From Piedraia hortae CBS 480.64 (Eukaryota), in contig MU006010.1 of the NCBI GenBank assembly GCA_010093745.1, forward strand, positions 1 to 64,000: a DNA stretch of 64,000 nt. The letters run 5' to 3'. The notes under the pieces are model-generated. The model was not told where the DNA came from and searched no databases. It saw only the letters and a list, made by a program, of their open reading frames with translations. Within the stretch, counting starts at the first letter, position 1. Every line of letters begins with the position of its first letter. Made by a program: the position numbers and the translations under genes. This document shows, in pieces, positions 34,856-45,003 of this stretch.

Positions 34856-36985
34856 TCATGGACTAGGCAGTCCCACATCCAGATACAACTCATCGCCTCT
34901 TTTCCTGGGAGTTAACTTGGGCTCCCACAATGGACTGCTCAAACTTCCAGACTGACCTGTGTTATGCTGGCGTAACTGATGTTGTCGAATTGGACTCCTC
35001 GGTCGAGTCTCGTGCCTATGCCGAGAATGCACGCTGCCAATGTTACTTTGTGCAGTCTCATGCCAGTTGTTTTCAGCTGGCATTGATCGGTTGACTCCTG
35101 TAATGAGGCCGCGACGTGATACATCCTTCCCATAACGTTGTGGCGACTTGTAACCAGGTTGAACCCTCACCGGCTGTTCGCTTGGCTCCCAGGCATATTG
35201 TCCCTGGTGTATGGATGCCAGAAGAAGGCCAGGTGGCTTATATGTCTTCTCAGGATCACTGATTGGTATTCGCAAAGGCTTTGGCAGAGAATCAAAGTGC
35301 AATTGCTGGCTTGGGGCTTGCAATATATGGGCGCAATGTTGCTGGCGTGAGAAGCCTTGATACGCAGAATCTTGCATGGGTTTTTGCCTCCAAGCTCGCT
35401 GCCCACTCAACAAGGCTGGGATTGAAGGATTCTCCATTTGTTGACCTTGAACAAATTTTCGGCCTGGAGTGCAACTCTGTTCGTACGAACCGCTTGACTC
35501 GAAGCTAGTGGTCGAGTCCTGGGAATTGGATTTACCCGCCAGTAGGACATTGGACGGCCTTGCATCGCTTTTGGCGTAGGTCGGTGGGCTGCTGCATAGG
35601 GGGTGCTCACTTGTCTTCAGCGTTGGTGCTAGTGGAAGGCCATCGGTATCTGAACCATGGTGTTTTCCAGCATTTGAACTAACGTAGTAATCTCGGACAT
35701 TTCCATTTCCTGCTGCTTCAAGCCCACTATTTGCTCCGTTTTTCCTTGTGACTGATGGATGTGATGGAAGAGAGGTGACTAGCTGCCTCTGGGACGGCAG
35801 TGCCTGCGCATACACCGGCAGTGGATCCAACTTGGCTCTTGATGGAGAAGGCGGTTGGTCTTCTTCAAATTCCGTCGCCATGGTACGTACGCTCTTGCGC
35901 CCAGGGGAGTCTTGGGGCAACGACTGTGGCAAAGTCGAGTTCGGCCTGTCTGGTAAGAGTTGCGACAATGTGCGTATACTCTCAGTGCTCCGTACACGTT
36001 CATGGCATGAAGCTGGTCGAGATGTCGCGGATAGCGAAGTAATCTGGGATTGCAGTATTCGATCTGAGCGCACAGGTTTTCGCGCAGGAACTTGTGGGTT
36101 TGGGCCAGGCTCTCGGCGCGTCAAGGGCATGGGATATCTTTGTGACGTGATATCTCCAAGAAAGAGAGGCAAAGGATATGTTGGAGTTTCGTCGATGAAA
36201 TCATAGGAACCGCGCCGCTTCTCGTGCATACCAAGGCCCTTCTTTTTTGCCCGATGCTTGTGAACAAGGAACCAGATGGCACAGAGTAATAAAGCTACCA
36301 CAGCAATGACCCCAAAGCTGATGGCAGCTGCTTGACTGTGGTTCAAAGCCTTGGGTCTCTTAGTAGATTCAACAGGCGAGGGAGAGAGTATCGGCGATGG
36401 TGTTGTAAAGGTGGCAGCTGCTGTCTGGGTTGGTGTAGGACTAGGCGTTTGTCGAGAGGTATGAGGGTCCTGTGACTTAGAAGGGAGTACCACAACACCA
36501 GCAATAGAGGATGTGCTTTGGGTTTGAGAGGTTGGAGTTGAAGCTGTATCTATGCCTGTGGCAGTGACCAGTAGAGTAAGCGTACTATGAGTTGCTGACA
36601 CTGTTTCGCTTTGTCCAGAGCATATGCTGTACACAAATACCTCCTCTGCTGCAGATAATGATGCACACCCTTCATTTGTGCACAGAAAGGCAAGCTCGCC
36701 AAGAGTAAAGCCCTGGGAACTGTACCCTGTACATAGACAGGTCCAGTCGTTGTCGTTGCATGACTGGAACTGCTCATTGAGGCGTTGCCTCAAACACGGC
36801 ATCGCACATTCGGGAACTGCGCTTTCGATTCGTAGTGACAACGAATTTGATGCAGTTGGAAATGACTGAGATGCAGTTGGAGATGGTTGTGATGCATTTT
36901 GGATCAGCACCGATGATGGCATCACGTATTCTCTTGGTAAATTGCTCCGTTCGCTGAGTGGTTTCGTGTTGTGCAACTTCAGCAT
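34856..36985 (-). CDS. CFEM-domain single-pass membrane protein with Ser/Thr stalk and long cytoplasmic tail; start uncertain
   Basis: Eight-Cys CFEM pattern PECAMPC...C...DWTCLC...C...C...C, S/T-rich region, TM AAISFGVIAVVALLLCAIWFLV then basic residues, tail SPLWEPKLTPRKRGDELYL. Confidence 0.78.
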   Translation of the reverse strand: MLKLHNTKPLSERSNLPREYVMPSSVLIQNASQPSPTASQSFPTASNSLSLRIESAVPECAMPCLRQRLNEQFQSCNDNDWTCLCTGYSSQGFTLGELAFLCTNEGCASLSAAEEVFVYSICSGQSETVSATHSTLTLLVTATGIDTASTPTSQTQSTSSIAGVVVLPSKSQDPHTSRQTPSPTPTQTAAATFTTPSPILSPSPVESTKRPKALNHSQAAAISFGVIAVVALLLCAIWFLVHKHRAKKKGLGMHEKRRGSYDFIDETPTYPLPLFLGDITSQRYPMPLTRREPGPNPQVPARKPVRSDRILQSQITSLSATSRPASCHERVRSTESIRTLSQLLPDRPNSTLPQSLPQDSPGRKSVRTMATEFEEDQPPSPSRAKLDPLPVYAQALPSQRQLVTSLPSHPSVTRKNGANSGLEAAGNGNVRDYYVSSNAGKHHGSDTDGLPLAPTLKTSEHPLCSSPPTYAKSDARPSNVLLAGKSNSQDSTTSFESSGSYEQSCTPGRKFVQGQQMENPSIPALLSGQRAWRQKPMQDSAYQGFSRQQHCAHILQAPSQQLHFDSLPKPLRIPISDPEKTYKPPGLLLASIHQGQYAWEPSEQPVRVQPGYKSPQRYGKDVSRRGLITGVNRSMPAENNWHETAQSNIGSVHSRHRHETRPRSPIRQHQLRQHNTGQSGSLSSPLWEPKLTPRKRGDELYLDVGLPSP

Positions 36986-38899
36986 GGGTATTGCATTGAG
37001 ACACTGGAGATCAAAGGCACAGCCTGGGTTTCGAGGTGAAAAGCACACAAATGAAATCAAAAATTATGCTGAACCAGCAGCAGCAGAACAAATGGAAAGC
37101 AACAAAAAGCAGATGGAAGTGGAAAATCAGTATCAACATACACGTATAGACAAGAAGCGAAGGCCCTGGGCGCTTCGAGGCATCCTCACGCCGCGTGATC
37201 GTGTGGAGAACAGCATCCAGGGCGGTTCGACAGGCGGATGTCTTCTGCGCCCCAAAATGGGATGGGGTCCGAGCGTCTAGGGCGGCTGGCAGTTCACGTG
37301 CTCTCAGAAGGATCCCATTGATCATCCACTCAAGCCCTGAAATTTGTTACAGCCGAAAATGGGTGGATGGGTGCTTGTGTGGTGAATACTTACAATCCAC
37401 AGGTAGCAGTTGATTCCCGCGCTCCACCACGATCTTCCTGCACTTTGCACGAACTTTGCACGCTGTCCAAGGTTGAGATGCCTCAAGCTCCTGCCTGATT
37501 GCGTTTAAGCACCGCTACAGTCGTCCATCTACCCTGCTACCTAACCAGCATGGCGCAGTCCAATATCAGGAATGACTGGCTAAATAAATGCTAGTACTGG
37601 CAAGATGGAGTTGAATGGCGCTGATGTCACCAAGCGCCCACCTGCTTTTGTGGCTGCAGTAACTGACACGTGGCCAGCAGCTGGCGAATCCCAACCGAAG
37701 ATGCGCCGCTGATCTGCTTGTATTTCTCAGCACTCTGGCCACTCATGGCCTGGCGTGCTTCCGACTATGCACCACAACTTGATGGTAAATTGCCATGCCT
37801 ATGTTTTCCCGTGCTGGCGCTTCCAAATTTTCGCCTGCTTATCAAGTCATGACCCCTCCTGCAAAATTTTCTCTTGCACCCTTTTTATCCAGAACAAGTC
37901 GTGATCAATAGTCTTCAAGTGCATTTTCTTTGTTCTAACAGCCCCGGACAAAATTGGATCAGCAGCCCCCAGCATAGGCACCTTCCCTTTGCTTGAAAAT
38001 CCCCTTGGTCGCCAATAGCCAGCCGACTCTGGAGTAATCGCCGTTGGGCTTAGCCAGGACCCAGCAAAATTTGCCACCAGGACCTTCCGATATGGAAACT
38101 CGCAACCGCGAGCAATATATAGATTCCAGGTATCTATTCCCTACTCATGTTGTTTTACGTGTTTTCTCTCGTTTGGCGTTTGGTGTTTTGGGCGGTTGCT
38201 TTTAACTTTTGCGAACCTCTCTGGACAATCAACACTGCCTGGAATCTCCTGGACTTTGCGGCCAATCGCTCAGGACCTTTAGCATACGAACTCTACATGT
38301 TTATTTTGCTTCGATATAAGCATTGCATGCACAGCGTATGGTTTGTCTTGCCTACCAAGTTCTATCTGCAGATTATCGATTCTGTATGTTGAGCTTTACT
38401 CTTTCAGTCATTCCACGTATTTGATCTTGAATCCTTCGAGTTGTGCAGTTTCTTAGCACTGGTACTTTTCTGAACAGCACAAGGATCATCTCGCAGCCTG
38501 ACTGGAACTACCTTCTGCCCTCGGTAAAGCAATCAGCCCGACTAATAATTCATCTCAGTCGTCAGATTAGCTGACTTGCCTCATATCCACACTATACTGG
38601 ATTCTCCCACCCCAGCACACCGTCGCCTGGCTCATGGCTTTCAACAGGCTGCTGGACCCGTGTTTGGATACTGATTAATTAATGTAGCGGGCTTGGTCCC
38701 AATGGGTTTCTTCTTCGGTCGTTTTTGCAACAAAAGGTAGCAAACTAACTTGTATACTCTGTTCAGTGAGGGCTCATCTTGCAACTGCTCATCTGTATCG
38801 TTCTACTTGCGGGATTCTGAAATCAACGACTGGGAGCACTGCTTCCCATTATCTCCATCGGACGTGGATTCCACTACCTCCCTTTCGGATTTCCAGGAT

Positions 38900-40449
38900 A
38901 TGAGCAGCCGCTCTTGGAGTCAGCCCTCGATTCACGAGGATTTACAGCGCCTGGACAGCCGTGGATCCCTTCGGCCCCCATCTCTTAATTTGCCAGTGGA
39001 TGAGCTTGCTGCCCAGGAATATCACACCACGGATCCTCTTGCTTGGAATATGGAATCTGTAGGCGAGAGACTGTCACCAGCTTCTGGCAATGCAGGCGGA
39101 AGCCTGCACACAACTGTTCCTTCCACCGATTCTGGTGGTGTCATCTGGCCACCGAGTATGCATATCTTCCAGGAGCCCCAATGGACACAGCCCAACTTGC
39201 CAGAACAGAACATCCCTCAATCCCCACCAGGAGACTTTTTGGAACCCAGTAGACTTCACTGGACTGATGAATTCCGCACAGCTTACCCCCAACACTTGTA
39301 TGCGCAGCTTGATCAGTTTGTTCCTTTTGATCAAGAAAATGAGGCCGCAGATTTGCCTTTGAGCTTTTTGAATTCTTCTTTGCTGGAAAGGCCTGTCCCT
39401 GGACCATTTAGTGTTCCGTTTGTTCATGGTTTTCAACATTCCCAGTTTCCTCGTGGATTTTACCCTTCTGGATCACCGGTAGGTAGCACGCCTGGACAAT
39501 TCTCGGGAACAGACCAAGAGCAATATCCATGGATTGCCGGACCAGACTCGATGAGCTTTTTCCCATCTTATGTTCCACCTCCAATGGGCCCTGAGCAAAC
39601 TGCATCTCCCAAACCCCCTGATTGGACAGTCCACGCTGGAACAGGCCCAACTACAACTGCCGCGGACCTTGTTGAGGAGTGGGACTCACTCATCCAATTT
39701 GATCAGGACGAGCCGGGCACCAAATCCGAACCAGCGAGGTTAGAAAACCTGAACCAACCTACCCTTGTTCAGAGCTGACTGACCTTTTCGAGCAGCGTTG
39801 AGACGAAAGTCACACCGGTGGCTGTTTCTGCGACTCCCACAGCCCTTGTGCCCGTGATTCCCCAGCCCCCTGTTCATCAGATGCAGTCTGCAAACCCTTC
39901 TGTTTATCCCGCCGTTGGCATGGTTCCGACCGATGATGGCCGCCATCGAAACCACCCGCTATACGGAAAAGGGCCCCATCCCGATGGGCTTTACCACTGT
40001 CCATTCGCGGAAGAGGCCCATTGTGAGCAGCAGCACCCACCGATCAAGCTCAAGTGCCAGTACGAGTATGTGCATCTCCGAGCGAACATGGCGATGAACT
40101 AATGGGCTTTTTCTCCAGCAAATACATTGACTCGCACATCAAACCCTTCCGTTGCAGGGCCGAGACATGTGCCAATGCAGTGTTTTCCTCGACAGCATGT
40201 CTGCTCCGGCACGAACGTGAAGCGCACGCAATGCACGGGTACGGTGCCAATCCGCATTTGTGCTTCTACCCTGGTTGTGAGCGACAAATTAGAGGCTTCC
40301 CGCGACGGTACAACCTCTTCGACCACATGAAGCGTGTGCACCAGCACGTGGAAGGCGGTTCTTCCCGGGCCAGTGCAGTGGTCAGACGGACTGGACGCAA
40401 GCACAGCTCGGGTATACCTTTGCATGCGAAGTCGGCACCGCAGCGCTGA
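38900..40449 (+). CDS. C2H2 zinc-finger transcription factor; introns 39739-39795 and 40066-40118
   Basis: GLYHCPF...KLKCQYDKYIDSH, KPFRCRAETC...FSSTACLLRHEREAH and LCFYPGCER...FPRRYNLFDHMKRVH, after a P/S-rich N-terminus. Confidence 0.85.
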
Positions 40450-40754
40450 CAACCTGCTCGTGCCTGCGGCATCTGGAACTTCAAACACGGAGAGCCGACC
40501 GCTGCGTTCGAGTGAGGGGGCTGTGGAAGTGGAGGATGTACCTGATGAGGGCCCTCCAAGAGAGTGATGATTGACAACTTTATGCCTCATTTTCATGTTG
40601 ACTTTGATGGTTCGTGTTTATAGCAGTGCAATAACGGTGGAACAGTACATAAGTATTGAACTGTGAATCATGTCTTTTGAACAGTAGCATCAGACTACAT
40701 GTGTGGAAGAAAGACATCAAACAAGAACTATGTATTAGGTATAAGATCCGCTGC

Positions 40755-41314
40755 TTAAGCCTTGGCCTTGTTCAACTCGGCCTCGATAGGCTGTTTGAGT
40801 GAACCCGGCTTCGTTGTACTAGCCCACCTTCCCACTACTTGACCATCGTGAGAAATCAAAAACTTTTCAAAGTTCCACTTCACACGCTGCATACCCATGA
40901 TACCAGGTCGGCTCTTCTTCATCCACTCCCACACGGGCTCTGCCTCGGAGCCATTGACATCCGTCTTCCCTAGCACGGGGAAAGTAACGCCATAGTTAAC
41001 CTGACAAAAAGACTGAATCTCATCGTTGGAACCTGGCTCCTGGCTTGAGAACTGGTTACACGGAAACGCGATGATTTCGAAGTCTGGATGGTTTGGTTTG
41101 ATCTCTGCTCATCATCATCAATACTCCCAACCTCTGATATGTAGATATCCTCACCCTTGTACAGCTGTTCAAGATCTTGATACTGAGGCGTAAAACCGCA
41201 TTTGCTGGCCGTATTAACGACAAGAACGACCTTGCCCTTGAGATCAGCCAAAGGGTAGGAAGCTCCTTTTTTGTCTTTGGGAGAGAAATCGTAAAAATTC
41301 GTTGCCGAGGACAT
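40755..41314 (-). CDS. HYR1: Glutathione/thioredoxin peroxidase (Gpx3/Hyr1 type, Cys active site); 1 intron
   Basis: [25 protein letters not shown] and KWNFEKFL. Confidence 0.93.
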
Positions 41315-41617
41315 TTTTTATTTTGGAGTGGGAAGATGTGGTTGAAAGAAGCCTTTTTATACGATACTAGGTACAATTGAATGGCTAGGGTTTTTTCCTT
41401 GATTAGTTGTTTGATCCGTTTGCGATCGGACGAGGCGCCTGTATCAGGGGAATCTGCCGCGATGACGAACTGCAAACGGCTTTTCCGGGGTCCGGGATCT
41501 TGTGATGCCGCTATGCGTCATCGGTGTCATTCTCTACTTGCTTTGTTCTGTGGAACATGGAAAGGAGCCGAATTTGAAGCATGACATACAGTATATAGGG
41601 ACATTTATCATTATTAT

Positions 41618-42472
41618 TCATTCAAAAAGCTCATCCGCGTTCTTTACACAAATCCTACCCAGTCCTTCGCCATCGGTCTGCTCAATCCAATCGAGCAAAG
41701 CATCCAGATAAGGGGTAATATCCAAACTCTCGAACCTCGTATGCGGCCAATCGGTAGCAAAAAGGCACCTTTCCGGGAACTCGCGAACAAATGATTTGCA
41801 CATTTGCTCCATCAACGGGTCCCTTGGGTCGGCATTTAATCGATAAGGAGCGGAAAGTTTGATCCACGTCCTCCCTCCTTTGAGCATCTTCATCAAGGAA
41901 CCAAACCCGGGGATGTCGGATGGGTGTTGAGCCGCATTAAGGCTTTGGTTGGAAGGGTGGCCGAAATGAGCTATGCAGACGTTTACTTTCTGATCGGCTA
42001 CAAGGGGCTCCAAGAGGGGAATGGATTCCATTGGGAGATATAGGTCCAAAATCCAACCTACATGTCGTACCGCGTTTGCGTACTTGATAATCTCCGCGGC
42101 GAGACTATCTTGCTTGATCTCAGTATTGATGGATCTGTAGTTTAATCGAACACCTCTCACTCCCAGATTGTTCCACTCCTCAAGTTGCTGTGGACTTGTT
42201 CTTTCAGGATCGAATTGGATTATTGCACGGCTACTCTTCCCAAATCGACGCAGAGCGTCGAGGGTGCATGAATTATCAAACCCATATATGCTTGGCTGCA
42301 CAATGACCTTTTTGTGTATTCCCAAGGCGTTATAGAACGGCTCAGCATCGGAAAGGGTGTGTGGTTTGGGAGAATATTGAGGAAATGAAAGTGGGAACCG
42401 CGGGTCGATAACGTGCATGTGTGTATCCCATGTCCCCCTGGGAAAGCGAGTTGAGAGCTGTTTGAGTGACAT
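41618..42472 (-). CDS. Amidohydrolase_2 family hydrolase (lactonase-like, LigI-type)
   Basis: WDTHMHV, VQPSIYGFDN, GVRGVRLN, HFGHP, KLSAPYR and TDWPHT; intronless. Confidence 0.85.
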   Translation of the reverse strand: MSLKQLSTRFPRGTWDTHMHVIDPRFPLSFPQYSPKPHTLSDAEPFYNALGIHKKVIVQPSIYGFDNSCTLDALRRFGKSSRAIIQFDPERTSPQQLEEWNNLGVRGVRLNYRSINTEIKQDSLAAEIIKYANAVRHVGWILDLYLPMESIPLLEPLVADQKVNVCIAHFGHPSNQSLNAAQHPSDIPGFGSLMKMLKGGRTWIKLSAPYRLNADPRDPLMEQMCKSFVREFPERCLFATDWPHTRFESLDITPYLDALLDWIEQTDGEGLGRICVKNADELFE

Positions 42473-42616
42473 CTTATTACTGCACAGCGTCTATTGGGAA
42501 GCTGCGCCCCCAAAGGCGTTGGTGGGGCGGCGATTAGTGTTGGAGCTGACAGCGGACAAATTCCGCTTTAAATTTCAACCTTCGCCTTGCACTTCAAATT
42601 CGCCTCTACCAGCACG

Positions 42617-43406
42617 ATGGCCAAGAGCGAGGTCAAGGAGAAGAAGGACAGAAAGCGCAAGTCAACAGATGCGCTGGATGAAGTAAAGGAGAAGAAGGTC
42701 AAAAAGTTCAAGGACATCAAGGAAGTCGACGGCAAAGAGGCCATCGTGGAGAAGAAAAAGAAGAAGAGCAAGACAGCGAAGGAAGATGAAGCGGACGGGG
42801 AAGAGAAAGTAAAGAAGAACAAAAAGGCCGAGAGTGCGCTGGTGACGGAGGTTGCGGAGCCGGCAGCCAAAGCCGACGACTCGGACGAGGAAGCAGATGG
42901 CGGCGCGGATGTGGACGAGGCGACCAAGGAAGCAGCCATCAAGAAGGCGGCTGTCCCGTTTGCGAATCCCCTCTGCGATGACCCCAAGATGCAAAAGAAG
43001 GTGTTTAAGGCTGTCAAGAACGGTGAGTAACTCTGCCCCTGCAGCAAATTGGTACTGACGCGCAACAGCGGCCAAGAACAAGACGCTCAAGCGCGGCGTA
43101 AAGGAGTGCGTCAAGAGTCTCCGCAAGTGCAAGGCTTCTACAGGCCAAGATGTTCCGGCGGTGGTGATTCTGGCGGCCGACATCAGCCCCGTGGACGTCA
43201 TCTCGCACATTCCCGTGCTCTGCGAAGACAAGGGCGTCTTGTACCTTTACGTGCCATCGCGCGCCGAGCTGGGTGCGGCCGGGGCGACCAAGCGGCCGAC
43301 AAGCGTTGTCATGGTGCCGGCACCGAAGAAGGGAGACGAAGACGGCGAATTCTTTAGCGAGCTGCAACGGGTGGCGCTGAAGCTGGGACAGCACGTCAAA
43401 GTATGA
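42617..43406 (+). CDS. NHP2: H/ACA snoRNP protein Nhp2 (L7Ae family) with Lys/Glu-rich N-terminus; 1 intron
   Basis: PFANPL, LKRGVKECVKSLRK, AADISPVDVISHIPVLCED and ELGAAGATKRPTSVV. Confidence 0.93.
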
Positions 43407-44372
43407 TCAAGGCTTGCCGTTTACTTTCATACTGTTGAGGATCGCCTTCATGCCCTCCGCTCCGCCCCCACCTACCTGTGCCTCTACTGCATCTACCTGC
43501 GCCTGCGCCTTGCGGTTCAGACTCCGCAGCACTTTCCGTGCATACGCAAAGCTGCCCTGTGCCTCCATGTACTGCACCGCAAATCGTTTGACTTCGTCCT
43601 GTGTTGTTTTCTGCTTGAGGATGTTGACCAGCGTCAAGTTGCTGGGCGCTGACCGGATCGCGTGAATGACGGGGAAGCTGAACTTGCCCTCGGTCAGGTC
43701 CTCGCAGAGGCCTTTATTGGCCAAGTAGGTTGGGTGGCACAGGTTGTTGTAGTCGTCAAGAATCTGGAACAGTAGGCCGATGGTGTTGACCAGCGGCACA
43801 TAGGCGGCCTTGGCCTGACTGCCTGATTCGACACACATCAGCTTCACCGCCAGTCGGAACAGGCCGCCCGTCTTGTTGCTGACCATCTCCAGGTAGTCAT
43901 CCTCGGACGGACAAGTTAGCGTGTCCCGCCAGAACAGGTCCATACCCTGTCCCCGGTGAAGATTCAGCAGCTCTTCGGTGTAAATCTCGACCGCGGCCGG
44001 GTTCCGCAGCCGCAAAAGCTCTTGTAGGGCGCAAAAATAGACGTAGTTGGCCGAGTTGATGGTCTGCGCCGCCCCAAAGATGTGGTGCGCCACTGGCACG
44101 CCGCGACGCAACACCGCAGAGTCTTGCACGTCATCAATTAACAGCGACGCAGTGTGTAGCATGCCAATGACTCGTGTGATGATGGCCAGCGACGGCGCCG
44201 GTACCTGCAGCCAAACGTTGAAGGCACTGATCATCTTGCTGCGGATGTCCTTGCCCGGATGCGACTCAAGGTGGTCATACGGCCCCTTGAGGATGTTTTC
44301 TTTTTCCTTGCTCCAGCTCGAGCCAGGCGCATCTCCATCTGCATGTGTTATCCATGCCTCTTCCTGTTCCAT
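43407..44372 (-). CDS. BTS1: Geranylgeranyl diphosphate synthase (type III)
   Basis: [19 protein letters not shown] (FARM), RRG, GQGMD, KTGGLF, FQILDDY (SARM) and DLTEGKFS. Confidence 0.95.
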   Translation of the reverse strand: MEQEEAWITHADGDAPGSSWSKEKENILKGPYDHLESHPGKDIRSKMISAFNVWLQVPAPSLAIITRVIGMLHTASLLIDDVQDSAVLRRGVPVAHHIFGAAQTINSANYVYFCALQELLRLRNPAAVEIYTEELLNLHRGQGMDLFWRDTLTCPSEDDYLEMVSNKTGGLFRLAVKLMCVESGSQAKAAYVPLVNTIGLLFQILDDYNNLCHPTYLANKGLCEDLTEGKFSFPVIHAIRSAPSNLTLVNILKQKTTQDEVKRFAVQYMEAQGSFAYARKVLRSLNRKAQAQVDAVEAQVGGGGAEGMKAILNSMKVNGKP

Positions 44373-44735
44373 TGCCACCCAGATGGCGTTTCCGATCCGG
44401 TCGTCCTTGGATGGTTGACGGGCTGGACCGGGCCGGACCGTCGAACTCAGATGAAACGTTGGCGTTGGGTCTCGCTGGGAATCGGCACAATGCAGTGCAA
44501 AATCTGATAAGCAGAGCCAAGGCTGACAAGCAGGAACCTCCCCACCAACATATGGAATCTGGCAGTGGAAAAAGGTAAATGAGTAGTTTAGTACGATCGC
44601 TAAATATACCGCATCTCATTACAACTGCCACCGTCCATTATCGTCAACAGCATCCGATGCAATCGCTGAGCTCCTGTACGAAGAGGTATCTTGTCCACGC
44701 ACGTTCCATCCCTTTTGCCCACAGCCGTCCCAGCT

Positions 44736-45003
44736 TTAAAACTTGAGGATGAGGTACCTACAAACGTCAGCGACAGCCCAACCCGATAGGCGCAAAAACC
44801 ATACAGCGCATGAATGATGCCCGGAATGTAGCCCAAGCAGGTAAGAAGAATGTTGATGAGGAGATCAGCGCCGCAGCCAAGCTCGAGGAACACTCCGAGC
44901 GGCGGGAGAATGATGGCAAAGATGATCTTGATAATGTCGCTAATTTGGTCAGTATCTCGAATGACAGCTGTCAGAGTCTTCTATACCTTCCGGTGAAAGG
45001 CAT
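44736..45003 (-). CDS. PMP3: Plasma membrane proteolipid Pmp3/SNA family; 2 introns
   Basis: MPFTGS|DIIKIIFAIILPPLGVFLELGCGADLLINILLTCLGYIPGIIHAL|YLILKF. Confidence 0.93.

Noticed and set aside
40755..41314. Selenocysteine or readthrough peroxisomal signal in GPX
   Set aside because: The active-site codon is Cys (TGC), the terminus AKA is not a canonical PTS1, and there is no TGA-CTA readthrough context.
41618..42472. Intronless amidohydrolase as a recent bacterial transfer
   Set aside because: The family is common in fungi, and several clearly native genes here are also intronless. There is no support without a phylogeny.
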